This document shows positions 9,408 through 18,065 of a stretch of DNA of 64,000 bases, piece after piece; the first letter of the stretch is position 1, and the number at the start of each line of letters is the position of its first letter. The notes under the pieces were generated by a model. That model did no database searches. It saw nothing but the letters and a program-made list of their open reading frames with translations, and was not told where the DNA came from. This stretch comes from an uncultured Dehalococcoidia bacterium (GTDB lineage: Bacteria > Chloroflexota > Dehalococcoidia > Lucifugimonadales > UBA3495): the NCBI GenBank assembly GCA_958296445.1, contig OY282565.1:721936-785935 (forward strand). The letters are read 5' to 3'. The position numbers were made by a program, and so were the translations under genes.

Positions 9408-9767
9408 ATGGGACTAGCCGAAGTTCAGGCAAGAGTATTTGGCGAAAATGAGACCCGGGAGTACCGCTTCATGGTTGATACCGGCTCAACATTTCTGGCC
9501 CTCCCGCAAGAGGAAATCGAAGCGCTAGGGCTTCGCCGGGGCCGGGGAGTGGTCAAGCTGATGAGTGCGACCGGAATGGTGGATGTAGAAACATACGTCG
9601 CTGATGGCGAACTTATGAGAGAGGAATTCACCGCAATCATGGTGCCTGCGCCCACGCCGCTGCTCGGCTACGAACTGCTGCAAAACTTGCGGTTCAAGGT
9701 GAACCCGGTCACTCACCAAATCGAGAAAGTGCCGGATGACGAAATACATCCGCCATATCAACTATAG
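9408..9767 (+). CDS. retropepsin-like (clan AA) aspartic protease family protein (paralog)
   Basis: 119 aa, about 85-90% identical by eye to 8361..8720, with the same DTGS motif. Confidence 0.65.
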   Translation: MGLAEVQARVFGENETREYRFMVDTGSTFLALPQEEIEALGLRRGRGVVKLMSATGMVDVETYVADGELMREEFTAIMVPAPTPLLGYELLQNLRFKVNPVTHQIEKVPDDEIHPPYQL

Positions 9768-9775
9768 AAGGCAGA

Positions 9776-10666
9776 ATGATGCAACCAATCCGCAGCTTGA
9801 TTTTTGTTCCCGGCAACCGGGCCGGGATGCTGGAGCGGGCTCGCTCCTTTGATGCCGATGTTATTATGGTGGACTTGGAGGATTCGGTGCCGTTGGGGGA
9901 GAAGGGGAATGCCCGGGATATGGCGCGGGAGTGGGTGCCTGTCTTGCGTGATGGGGGCGGGGGCGCGGGACGGCGGGTTATGGTGCGGGTCAATTCGCTG
10001 GACACCGGGCTTACCCGCGCGGAGCTGGAAAGGGTGGTTGCCCCCGGTCTTTACGGCGTGAGCTTGGGCAAGGTGGAGTCGGTGCGCGATGTCCGCACTC
10101 TCGACGGGCTGCTCTCGGCGCTGGAGCCGGCCGCCGGGCTGGAAGCCGGTTCGTTGCGTATCATCCCTTGGATTGAGACCGCCAAAGCGGTTTGGGACGC
10201 CCGGGCCATCGCCGAGGCGTCGCCCCGGGTGGCGGCCATCGCTTTCGGGGCCGAGGATTTCACCAACGATATGGGCATTGAGCGCAGCGACGGCGGCGAC
10301 GAGGTGGCCGTGCCGCGGGCGATGGTGCCGGTGGCGGCCCGGGCGGGTGAGGTCGGCGCCCTTGACTCCCCCTTTGTCCGGTTCCGCGACCCCGACGCCC
10401 TGCGCGACGACGCCCGGCGGGCGCGGCGGATGGGCTATACCGGCAAGTTCGCCATCCACCCGGCGCAGTTGGAAATCATCAACGAAACCTTCAGCCCGTC
10501 GGCTGAGGAAATCGAATACGCCCGCCGCGTGGTCGAAGCCTGGGACGCCGCGGAGGCCGCCGGGCGCGGCTCTCTGGCCCTGGACGGGCGGATGATTGAC
10601 GTGCCGGTGGTCAAGCGGGCGCAAAATCTGCTGGCCTTGGCCGACGCTATCGGCCAGGCCGGTTAA
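9776..10666 (+). CDS. HpcH/HpaI aldolase / citrate lyase beta (CitE)-like acyl-CoA lyase
   Basis: IRSLIFVPGNRAGMLERA...DADVIMVDLEDSV...EDFTNDMG...KFAIHPAQ, the typical CitE/malyl-CoA lyase family pattern. Confidence 0.8.
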   Translation: MMQPIRSLIFVPGNRAGMLERARSFDADVIMVDLEDSVPLGEKGNARDMAREWVPVLRDGGGGAGRRVMVRVNSLDTGLTRAELERVVAPGLYGVSLGKVESVRDVRTLDGLLSALEPAAGLEAGSLRIIPWIETAKAVWDARAIAEASPRVAAIAFGAEDFTNDMGIERSDGGDEVAVPRAMVPVAARAGEVGALDSPFVRFRDPDALRDDARRARRMGYTGKFAIHPAQLEIINETFSPSAEEIEYARRVVEAWDAAEAAGRGSLALDGRMIDVPVVKRAQNLLALADAIGQAG

Positions 10667-10684
10667 GGGCGGCCCGGAGGCGTT

Positions 10685-11059
10685 ATGCCCGACCAAATTC
10701 TGTTGCAGGGGATGCAGTTCTACGGCTACCACGGCGTCAATCCCGAGGAGCGGACGCTGGGGCAGCGGTACGTCGTTGACTTGACTGTTGACTTGGACTT
10801 GAGCCGCGCCGGGCGGTCGGACCGGCTGGAGGATACGGTCAGCTATTCTTATATCTACCGGACGGTGCGGGCGGTGATGGAGGGGGAGCCGCGCAACCTG
10901 CTGGAAGCCGTGGCCGAGGCGATTGCCGGCCGGGTGCTGGCCGAGTATCCGGTGGACGCCGTGGCGGTGACGGTCAAGAAGCCCAACCCGCCGGTGCGCG
11001 GCTCGTCCATCGAACAGGCCACGGTGCGGATACGCCGCGCCCGCTTGCCGGGGGGCTAG
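10685..11059 (+). CDS. folB: dihydroneopterin aldolase
   Basis: ILLQGMQFYGYHGVNPEERTLGQRYVVDL...DTVSYSYIY..., typical of FolB. Confidence 0.85.
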   Translation: MPDQILLQGMQFYGYHGVNPEERTLGQRYVVDLTVDLDLSRAGRSDRLEDTVSYSYIYRTVRAVMEGEPRNLLEAVAEAIAGRVLAEYPVDAVAVTVKKPNPPVRGSSIEQATVRIRRARLPGG

Positions 11060-11448
11060 GTTGTGTTGCCGCCGGTTCAGGCTATTTTCGTCATTCCCGC
11101 GAGGGCGGGAATCTATGAGACGATGGCGAAACTCGCGTTCCCTCCGGGGGGGTAGGGTGGGGGCGGCCCGGCGGATGCAGGATACCCCGGCTAGGGGCAG
11201 GGCCGGTTTGCGTCGGACAGGTTTGGGGTTCCCGCATAGGCGGTTCACCTTTGGGAGTCGCAGGATTTTTTTTGATTTTCGCGCCATTTGGCACCATTTG
11301 GCACCACTTTGGCTTGGCGGCCGCCGGGTTGGGGATGCTTTGCGGGCTGGCCGTTTGTTTGGGCTTTACAGGTATTATTTTAGGGAGTGGTATTCGGGGT
11401 TGGCAAGGGCGAGGTGTCAGGAGAAAATTGCGGAATTACCTCTCAGTT

Positions 11449-11510
11449 TGTCTGAATCAGGATTTTCAGGATTAAAGGATTTACCGGATGGGGGAATCCT
11501 GATTCAGACA
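11449..11510. repeat. MITE-like palindromic element, short copy (TIR TGTCTGAATCAGGAT)
   Basis: tgtctgaatcaggatt...aatcctgattcagaca. The same termini occur at 41958, 42265 and 54551. Confidence 0.6.
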
Positions 11511-11523
11511 ATCTTGGTTTGAT

Positions 11524-11720
11524 AAAATTGCGGAATTACCCTTTGGCGCCTTGAGCGAAGGGAAGGGTTTCACCGCCCAAGGCGGGGTTCTTCGCTTTGC
11601 TCAGAATGACAGACATTTGCTCAGAATGACGGACGTTTGCTCAGAATGACAGACATTTGCTCAGAATGACGGACATTTGCTTAGAATGACAGATGACGGA
11701 AGTAATTTCGCAATTTTCTT
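11524..11720. repeat. composite intergenic repeat (GAGCAAAGCGAAG-family) including 5 tandem ~22-bp units TTTGCTCAGAATGAC(A/G)GAC(A/G)
   Basis: aaaattgcggaattaccc...cttcgctttgctcagaatgacag, followed by 5 tandem sub-repeats at 11587-11695 and ending in ggaagtaatttcgcaattttc. Confidence 0.8.
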
Positions 11721-11895
11721 TCGTCTATCCCCTGGTCTCTGTGGATTCCCGCCTGCGCGGGAATGGCGGGTAGTTGGCGGGATGGCGCGGTAATGCGGGG
11801 ATGGCGGGGTGAACGGAAAAGGCGGATGAGTAATGAATCGGCGGGCAATTTGGGATGGCGGGTAATCGGGGAAAGGGCAGGAAAGGGGAAAGGAT

Positions 11896-12480
11896 ATGAA
11901 AGTTCACGACTACCATGATGGGAACCGGCAACTCCAGGATCGCTTTGACACGCGGCGGCTGGCCGACCGGCTGAAGGATAGAGTGACCGGAATCATCGGC
12001 GGCGAGGCCAAGGCCATTATTGAGGAAGCGCGGATGTTTTTTCTTGCTACCTGCGACGATCGGGGGCTGCCTACCTGCTCTTACAAGGGCGGCGCTCCCG
12101 GCTTTGTGCGGGTGGTGGACGATTCGACGCTGGCTTTTCCCAACTACGACGGCAACGGCAAGTACCAGTCTATGGGCAACCTGCTGCGCAACCCCAATGT
12201 GGGGCTGCTGTTCGTGGATTTTGAGGGCAGCCAGCGGCTGCGGATTCAGGGCGTGGCGCGGATTGCCGACGATGACGAGCTGCTGGCCGAATACGCGGAA
12301 GCCCAATTCATCGTGCGGGTGGAAGTCACCGAGGTATACAAGAACTGCCCCCGCTACGTCCACAAGTACCGTTTCGTGGAGACGTCGGAGTACGTGCCTG
12401 AAGCGGGGCGGGAAACGCCGCAACCGGCTTGGAAAAGCAGCGAGGAGCTTAAGGACGCTCTGCCCGCCCGGCCTGGCTGA
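11896..12480 (+). CDS. pyridoxamine 5'-phosphate oxidase-family (FMN-binding split barrel) protein
   Basis: FFLATCDDRGLPTCSYKGGAPGFVRVVDDSTLAFPNYDGNGKYQSMGNLLRNPNVGLLFVDF, a PNPOx-like pattern. Confidence 0.7.
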   Translation: MKVHDYHDGNRQLQDRFDTRRLADRLKDRVTGIIGGEAKAIIEEARMFFLATCDDRGLPTCSYKGGAPGFVRVVDDSTLAFPNYDGNGKYQSMGNLLRNPNVGLLFVDFEGSQRLRIQGVARIADDDELLAEYAEAQFIVRVEVTEVYKNCPRYVHKYRFVETSEYVPEAGRETPQPAWKSSEELKDALPARPG

Positions 12481-13036
12481 AGGGCGCCCGCGCGAAAATG
12501 CGCCGCACCATCGGCTCGAAAAACTCTAGGGGCAGCGATTGATAGTCCGGGTCGAAGGACGGCTGATCCCAGCGGTGGCAGAAGTCCACGGCGTCCTGAT
12601 ACCACGGATGGCCGCGGTAGGCGTCGCGGGCGTGGCGGTCGCCGCCGATGTGGTGGGCGTAGTAGTAGCTCTGGAACAGGCCGTGATGCCGCACAATCCG
12701 GTAGGTCTGTTCCGAAACGTAAGGGCGCAGCACGGCGGCGGCCAGCTCGCTGTGGTTGTAGGGCGACAGCAGGTCGCCGATGTCGTGGAGCAAAGCCGCG
12801 ACTACCAGCTCCTCGCTGGCCCCGTCGCGGTGGGCGCGGGTGGCGCATTGTAGCGAATGCTCCAGCCGGTCAACTTGGTAGCCCGACAGCGACCCGTCTA
12901 GGGCGCGGAGCTGCGCTAGAACGCGGTCTGCGGTGCCTGCGGCGAATCTGGCTTCCAGCCGCTCCAGCAGTTCGTAATCCTCGCGGGTGCCTTCGGCCAT
13001 GCTGGTGAAGGCCACCGTTTCCTGTGTGTCCGGCAT
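12449..13036 (-). CDS. HD-domain protein (MIOX/PhnZ-like metal-dependent oxygenase/phosphohydrolase family)
   Basis: LEHSLQCATRAHRDGASEELVVAALLHDIGDLL...NHSELAAAVLRPYVSEQTYRIVRHHGLFQSYYYAHH. Start set at the internal Met (cat at 13034-13036). There is a convergent 32-nt overlap with the previous gene. Confidence 0.65.
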   Translation of the reverse strand: MPDTQETVAFTSMAEGTREDYELLERLEARFAAGTADRVLAQLRALDGSLSGYQVDRLEHSLQCATRAHRDGASEELVVAALLHDIGDLLSPYNHSELAAAVLRPYVSEQTYRIVRHHGLFQSYYYAHHIGGDRHARDAYRGHPWYQDAVDFCHRWDQPSFDPDYQSLPLEFFEPMVRRIFARAPFSQAGRAERP

Positions 13037-13151
13037 CGCGCAACCCCCTGTGCCTGTGGCCCGGCTATCGGAGCCAAAGAAGTGGTGTAGTATATGCTTC
13101 GATTTTACCATCCCGGCGTTTGATTCGGGCCGGTATTCAGGAGGCGGGCGG

Positions 13152-14038
13152 ATGGCTGACCGGAAAAGGCTGGATGGGCGCGTCGCCTTTATTACGGGGG
13201 GCGGGCGCGGCATCGGGCGGGCGATTGCGCTGGCCTACGCGGCGGAGGGGGCGCGGCTGGCGCTGTCGGCCCGCACCGCCGCCGAGCTGGAGGATACGGC
13301 GCGGCTTGTCGCGGAGCGGTTCGGCGGCGACGTTATTACCGCCGCCGCCGATGTGTCCAGCCGCGAGCAGGTGGAGCGGGCCGTCGCTCTGGCCCTGGAA
13401 CGCTACGGCGCGATAGACGTTATGGTGAATAATGCGGGCAACATCGGCCCGGTGGGCCGGGTTTGGGACAATGACCCGGAGGAATGGGCCCGCACGGTGG
13501 CGGTGCATCTTATGGGGGTGTTTTACGGCTGTCGCGCGGTTTTGCCCGGGATGCTGGAGCGGGGGCGGGGGCGCATCGTCAATATGTCCGGCGTCGGCGG
13601 CCCCAATATGTCCGCTTATGACGCGGCCAAAACCGGGATCGTGAATCTGACGGAAAACTTGGCGCTGGAGCTGGCGGATACGCCGATCACGGTCAACGCC
13701 ATCAGCCCCGGCTCGATTCATACCCGGATGTGGGAGGAACGCGGGATCTGGCGCTGGCTGTCGGCGACACGGCGACCTACGAGCGAGGCGTGCAGGTGAC
13801 CTCGGGGCTGGGGGCGTCTATCGAGCGTGCGGCGGAGCTGGCGGTTTTTCTGGGCAGCGACGATTGCGGCGCCTTGTCGGGCCGCCTGATACGGGCCTTT
13901 GCCGACCGCTTCGAGGGATTTCCGGCCCGGGTTGGCGAGATAATGGCGTCGGAAGCCTACCTGCTCCGCCGCGTTGACCCGGAACGGCCTTTCGCTACGT
14001 CGCCATCGTATCCGTCGCTGCCTGTTACCGGGCCGTAG
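13152..14038 (+). pseudogene. short-chain dehydrogenase/reductase with an apparent 1-nt frameshift near 13730-13745
   Basis: Frame 1 reads VAFITGGGRGIGRAIAL...NNAG...SAYDAAKTG...ISPGSIHTRMWEE and then degenerates. Frame 2 continues a plausible SDR C-terminus, TRDLALAVGD...AAELAVFLGSDDCGALSGRLI. AGGAGG lies upstream of ATG 13152. Confidence 0.65.
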
Positions 14039-14050
14039 GGTGCGCGAGCC

Positions 14051-14080
14051 GGGATTCTTCGCTTCGCTCAGAATGACAGG
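14051..14080. repeat. half-copy of the GAGCAAAGCGAAG-family intergenic repeat
   Basis: gggattcttcgcttcgctcagaatgacagg. Confidence 0.7.
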
Positions 14081-14198
14081 CAGAGTAGGCCGTCCTTGTA
14101 ATCGGCGGCGGGCGTGTGATAATCTGAATCGCCTGTTGAATAGGAAAATCCGGGTTGCCGACAGTAAGGGCGGCGGCCTGTAGCAGAGAGATACCGTT

Positions 14199-14408
14199 AT
14201 GCGTTGCCAGATTTGCCTGAAGTCCGGGATGAGCGGCAACAATGTCAGCCACTCCAACCGGCACACCAAGACCCGGTTCAAGGCCAATGTCCACAAGCAG
14301 ACCCTGGATCGCGACGGAACGCCGTTCACGGTCAAGATTTGTAGCCGCTGCCTGCGCTCCCTGCACAAGTCCCCCAAAGTCCGCAAGGCATTCGCGGCGC
14401 TTAAATAG
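14199..14408 (+). CDS. rpmB: 50S ribosomal protein L28
   Basis: MRCQICLKSGMSGNNVSHSNRHTKTRFKANV...ICSRCLRS matches the L28 signature GNNVSHSN+.TKRRF. Confidence 0.85.
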   Translation: MRCQICLKSGMSGNNVSHSNRHTKTRFKANVHKQTLDRDGTPFTVKICSRCLRSLHKSPKVRKAFAALK

Positions 14409-14477
14409 CGCGGGCGTCAGGCGGGGAATTTGTCGGTCGGCGCCCGGCGTTTTCGCTGTGGCGCTGGGAGTTTGTTG

Positions 14478-14813
14478 ATGCCCAACGAATCCAGGAAATT
14501 TGCCGTGATACTGGAGCTGGAGGAGGGCGGGAAGTATTCCATACATTGTCCGGCATTGCCGGGGTGTAGCAGCCAAGGCGAGGATCGCGAGGATGCCTTG
14601 GCGATGATTAGGGAAGCTATTGAACTCGTGCTTGAAGTGATTGAGGACAGGAAACGGGAAGGGGATACCGTTGTTGACGGCCTTCCGTTAGCCGATACCC
14701 CGGCATTACTGGCTCAAGAAGTGCGGGAAATTCTGGAAGACCGGGTGGAGTATGGGCTTCCTTTGGCTATCGAATTTTCCGAAGTCACCGTACCGGCTCT
14801 CATAGCGGCTTAA
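14478..14813 (+). CDS. hicB: HicB-family antitoxin (copy 1)
   Basis: KFAVILELEEGGKYSIHCPALPGCSSQGEDREDALAMIREAIELVLE is a UPF0150/HicB N-terminal domain. Confidence 0.8.
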   Translation: MPNESRKFAVILELEEGGKYSIHCPALPGCSSQGEDREDALAMIREAIELVLEVIEDRKREGDTVVDGLPLADTPALLAQEVREILEDRVEYGLPLAIEFSEVTVPALIAA

Positions 14814-14817
14814 CTCG

Positions 14818-15045
14818 ATGCCGCCATTGCCAGTAGTATCGGGGCGTGAGGCTGTCCGCGCTTTGGAACGGGCGGGTTGGCGGTTTACTAGGCGGAGGGG
14901 GAGCCACATGGTTTTGGAAAAGCCGGAAGTGCGTAACCACTTATCCATTCCTGACCACCGCGAAGTCGGGGTTGGCACATTGCTGGGCGAACTCAGAAAA
15001 GCCGGATTGACCGTTGCCCAGTTTATCGAGCTGCTTGACCGCTAG
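14818..15045 (+). CDS. hicA: HicA-family mRNA-interferase toxin (copy 1)
   Basis: MPPLPVVSGREAVRALERAGWRFTRRRGSHMVLEKP..., the HicA/YcfA pattern (G..W....GSH). Confidence 0.85.
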   Translation: MPPLPVVSGREAVRALERAGWRFTRRRGSHMVLEKPEVRNHLSIPDHREVGVGTLLGELRKAGLTVAQFIELLDR

Positions 15046-15174
15046 GGCGGCCCGGCTAGGCAACCCCGCTGGATGTTCAGCTCGCGCCATTTACCGCCGG
15101 TTAGTTGCGGCCGCGGCAACCGCTGTGGCCGTTTGTTCGAGTCGTTCCCCAATATCCGGTTTTCGGGGGTTGTA

Positions 15175-15504
15175 ATGGAAGAAGGGGCGCAGAAATTCAT
15201 CGTGATACTGGAGCAGGACGAAAGGGGCGGATACGCTATCCATTGTCCGGCGTTGCCTGGGTGTTCCAGCCAGGGGGAAGACCGGGACGAAGCGTTGGTG
15301 ATGATAGTGGATGCTATTGAAGGCGTCCTTGAGGTGATTGAGGAACGCAGAGAGGAAGAGCCTGATTTGGAGTTTATACTGCAAGAAACCCCAAATTTGT
15401 TGGCGGAAGAAGTGCGCGAGATACTGGAATACCGCGCGGAGTGCGGAATGCCTTTGATTGTTGAATTCGCAGAGGTTACTGTGCCAGCAAGGATCCCGGT
15501 GTAA
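15175..15504 (+). CDS. hicB: HicB-family antitoxin (copy 2)
   Basis: MEEGAQKFIVILEQDERGGYAIHCPALPGCSSQGEDRDEAL... Confidence 0.8.
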   Translation: MEEGAQKFIVILEQDERGGYAIHCPALPGCSSQGEDRDEALVMIVDAIEGVLEVIEERREEEPDLEFILQETPNLLAEEVREILEYRAECGMPLIVEFAEVTVPARIPV

Positions 15505-15506
15505 AG

Positions 15507-15734
15507 ATGCCACCTGTTCCGGTAGTATCAGGCCGGGAGGCAGTTCGGGCATTCGAGCGGGACGGATGGCGGTTTATGCGGCAAAGAGGCAGCCACATGA
15601 TTCTGAAAAAGGCAGGAGCCGTTCCGACCCTTTCCATTCCCAATCACCGCGAAGTCTCGAAATACACTCTTGCGCGAGAGATTAGGAAGGCCGGTCTCAC
15701 TATTGCCCAGTTTATAGAGCTGCTTGGCCGCTAG
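15507..15734 (+). CDS. hicA: HicA-family toxin (copy 2)
   Basis: MPPVPVVSGREAVRAFERDGWRFMRQRGSHMILKK... Confidence 0.85.
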   Translation: MPPVPVVSGREAVRAFERDGWRFMRQRGSHMILKKAGAVPTLSIPNHREVSKYTLAREIRKAGLTIAQFIELLGR

Positions 15735-15863
15735 GGCGGCCCGGCTAGGCAGCCGCGCTGGATGTTCAGCTCGCGCCATTTACCGCCGGTTAGTTGCGGC
15801 CACGGCAACCGCTGTGCCGTTTGTTCGATTTGTTCCCCAGTATCCGATTTTCGGGGGGTTGTA

Positions 15864-16193
15864 ATGGAAGAAGGGGCGCAGAAATTTATTGTGATACTGG
15901 AGCAGGACGAAAGGGGCGTCTTTGCCGTTCACTGCCCGGCGGTTCAATGCTCCAGCCAGGGCGATGACCGGGCAGAGGCGCTTGTGATGATAGTTGACGC
16001 TATACAGGGTATGCTTGAGGTATATGAGGAAGATAAAGAAAGCAATCCGTCGCTGATTCCGTTGCCGATGGCGGAAACCCCGGAACTTATCTCTGATGAA
16101 GTAAGGGAAATTTTGGAATTTCGCGTTGAGTGCGAATTGCCGATGATTCTCGAAATTGTCGAAGTCATCGTGCCGGCTCGAGTGCTGGTGTAA
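15864..16193 (+). CDS. hicB: HicB-family antitoxin (copy 3)
   Basis: MEEGAQKFIVILEQDERGVFAVHCPAVQCSSQGDDRAEAL... The CPALPGC motif is altered to CPAVQC. Confidence 0.75.
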   Translation: MEEGAQKFIVILEQDERGVFAVHCPAVQCSSQGDDRAEALVMIVDAIQGMLEVYEEDKESNPSLIPLPMAETPELISDEVREILEFRVECELPMILEIVEVIVPARVLV

Positions 16194-16194
16194 A

Positions 16195-16422
16195 TTGCCT
16201 CCGATCCCGGTCGTTTCCGGTCGAGAGGCCGTTAGAGCGTTTGAGCGAGCCGGCTGGCGGTTTTCGAGACAACGGGGCAGCCACATAATACTGAGCAAGC
16301 CGGGCGAGCAGTATAACGTAAACATTCCCAATCACCGGGAAGTTTCCCGTAGCCTTCTCCGAAAGGAAATCAAAAAGGCTGGCTTGACGGCTGCCCAGTT
16401 TATCGAGCTGCTTGACCGCTAG
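16195..16422 (+). CDS. hicA: HicA-family toxin (copy 3, probable TTG start)
   Basis: LPPIPVVSGREAVRAFERAGWRFSRQRGSHIILSKP... The position homologous to the ATG of copies 1 and 2 is TTG at 16195. Confidence 0.75.
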   Translation: MPPIPVVSGREAVRAFERAGWRFSRQRGSHIILSKPGEQYNVNIPNHREVSRSLLRKEIKKAGLTAAQFIELLDR

Positions 16423-17114
16423 GGCGGCCCGGCTAGGCAGCCGCGCATTCCGCGCATTGCCTCCGGCACCGTTTCGCGGTTGTTGAAGATGGCGCTGCCG
16501 GCTACTAGGATGGCGGCGCCGGCCTTGACCGATTCTTGGGCCGTCCAGTCGGCCTTGATTCCGCCGTCTACTTCTACCTGCGCTGGCAGGGCGGTTTCGT
16601 CTATGATGCGCCGCAGCCGACGGATTTTGCCCACGCTTTCCGGGATAAAGGACTGCCCGGCGAATCCGGGGTTGACCGACATCACCATCACTATGTCCAG
16701 CAGGGGCAGCACTTCCTCCACCGCGGTCACGGGCGTGCCGGGGTTGATGGCGACGCCGGCCTGGTTCCCCTGCTCGCGGATGCGGGCCACGGTGCGGTGC
16801 AGGTGGCGGCAGGCTTCGGCGTGGACCAGAATCTGGTCGGTTTCGGCCTTGATGAACGTGGGCAGCAGGTTGTCCGGCTCCTGAATCATCAGATGGATGT
16901 TCAGCGGCAAATGGGTGGCGGCGCGGATGGCGTCCACCACCACCTCGCCAAAGGAAATGTTGGGAACAAACACGCCGTCCATAACGTCCACGTGAATCAG
17001 GTCAGCCCCGGCCTCGGTGACGGCCTGCACCTGCTCGGCCAGCCGCCCGAAGTCGGCCGACAGCACAGAGGGGGCGATAAGGGCTTTGGGGCCGGAAGTT
17101 GTTTCAGGGGCCAT
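16419..17114 (-). CDS. rpe: ribulose-phosphate 3-epimerase
   Basis: IAPSVLSADFGRLAEQV...HVDVMDGVFVPNISFG...MSVNPGFAGQSFI...VDGGI. Confidence 0.95.
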   Translation of the reverse strand: MAPETTSGPKALIAPSVLSADFGRLAEQVQAVTEAGADLIHVDVMDGVFVPNISFGEVVVDAIRAATHLPLNIHLMIQEPDNLLPTFIKAETDQILVHAEACRHLHRTVARIREQGNQAGVAINPGTPVTAVEEVLPLLDIVMVMSVNPGFAGQSFIPESVGKIRRLRRIIDETALPAQVEVDGGIKADWTAQESVKAGAAILVAGSAIFNNRETVPEAMRGMRGCLAGPP

Positions 17115-17137
17115 ATCGAACTCTTTGATAGTTTTGA

Positions 17138-18001
17138 TTATTGGGAGTCGCTCAGGTTCATCGTGCGCTTGTACTGTCCGGGGCGGACAAACTCGACCAG
17201 TCCAAAATCGCGCAGAAATTGTAGCTGCTGGCGCAATTTTGCCCGGACGTTGTTATTTTCCGGGTACTGTATGGCTGCTATAGGTTCGCACACGTTAAGC
17301 AATTCTTGTAATCCAAACTTGGCTTCGGGCATATTAAGCACCGCATTTAAGGTAATTTTCTGCCAGCCGTCGAAGTTCGCCATTAACGCATCCCGGTCGG
17401 ATATGTAATACGATGCTTCGTCTACCAGTTCGTTGTCGCCTGCCAGAGTCTTGTCCGTTGGCTTGGGCAGCGCTACTTCGATGTTTTCGAGGGCGGTTTG
17501 CAAACCCTGAAGTTCCGCCAACTCCATTTGGCGCGGCGGCTCGGGCGCCCCGAATCCGCTGAGCAATAAAGTTGTGAGTTCCCTTATTAGTGCCTTATCG
17601 CTAGTTCCCAATCCACATTCTGCGTTGCGGCGCAGTCCTGAATAGGTGGCGTTTGCGGATGTCACTAACGCAAAATCGTCGTCAAAGATATACATTTTGG
17701 CGTGAAAATAGCTGCTTTTATCTATGCTCTGAATAGTCATTCCAGCCCGCGCCAATAGGCACAGGCTGTCTAGGCTGGATGCTCGGACAGCGAAATCGCG
17801 CAGGTCTGTTCGAGTAATCAGGGTTCGGGATGCGTCTTTGGAAACAAGATTAGCTAAATCATATAGGCCATCATTGACGTATGGACTGCCGACAAGCATT
17901 CTTGAATTGCAAGACTTGGCATACCCGGCCAAGAAATCGAATGTCGGCGTAGTAACGATTTGCGTATCGCTAAACTTTCCGGCGTTCATTTTATGCTCCA
18001 A
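17138..18001 (-). CDS. phospholipase-D-family (HxK) nuclease with C-terminal winged-helix-like tail
   Basis: FHAKMYIFDDDFALVTSANATYSG is the HxK(x)4D...(x)6GSxN-type PLD nuclease motif. The C-terminal NVRAKLRQQLQFLRDFGLVEFVRPGQYKR resembles the wHTH tail seen at the end of several restriction enzymes. Visibly lower GC than the flanking rpe and argH. Confidence 0.7.
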   Translation of the reverse strand: MEHKMNAGKFSDTQIVTTPTFDFLAGYAKSCNSRMLVGSPYVNDGLYDLANLVSKDASRTLITRTDLRDFAVRASSLDSLCLLARAGMTIQSIDKSSYFHAKMYIFDDDFALVTSANATYSGLRRNAECGLGTSDKALIRELTTLLLSGFGAPEPPRQMELAELQGLQTALENIEVALPKPTDKTLAGDNELVDEASYYISDRDALMANFDGWQKITLNAVLNMPEAKFGLQELLNVCEPIAAIQYPENNNVRAKLRQQLQFLRDFGLVEFVRPGQYKRTMNLSDSQ

Positions 18002-18065
18002 TCATATTTGACGCTATGGGATTGTGGCAAACATAGCACAGCGCACGTTAATTGACAATGCGGCA

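Larger units (their letters stand above)
14430..16450. repeat. tandem triplication of a hicB-hicA module (period ~689 bp)
   Basis: HicA stops lie at 15045, 15734 and 16422. Every copy is followed by tagggcggcccggctaggca(a/g)cc, which is the 3' end of rpe on the other strand. The leaders 15046-15174 and 15735-15863 are near-identical. Confidence 0.9.

Noticed and set aside
11061-11522. ORFs 11061..11522, 11251..11475 and similar ORFs in 31709..32313, 34410..34924 and 48154..48378.
   Set aside because: They lie entirely within intergenic repeat or REP-like sequence and encode the typical repeat-derived peptides (…SFPRGRES…, …LRVTKG…, …SEQSEES…). No SD or family signal is present.
11587-11695. 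Five direct 22-bp repeats (TTTGCTCAGAATGACRGACR) considered as a possible CRISPR array.
   Set aside because: The repeats are contiguous with no unique spacers. They are sub-units of the genome-wide intergenic repeat, and no cas genes are present in the window.
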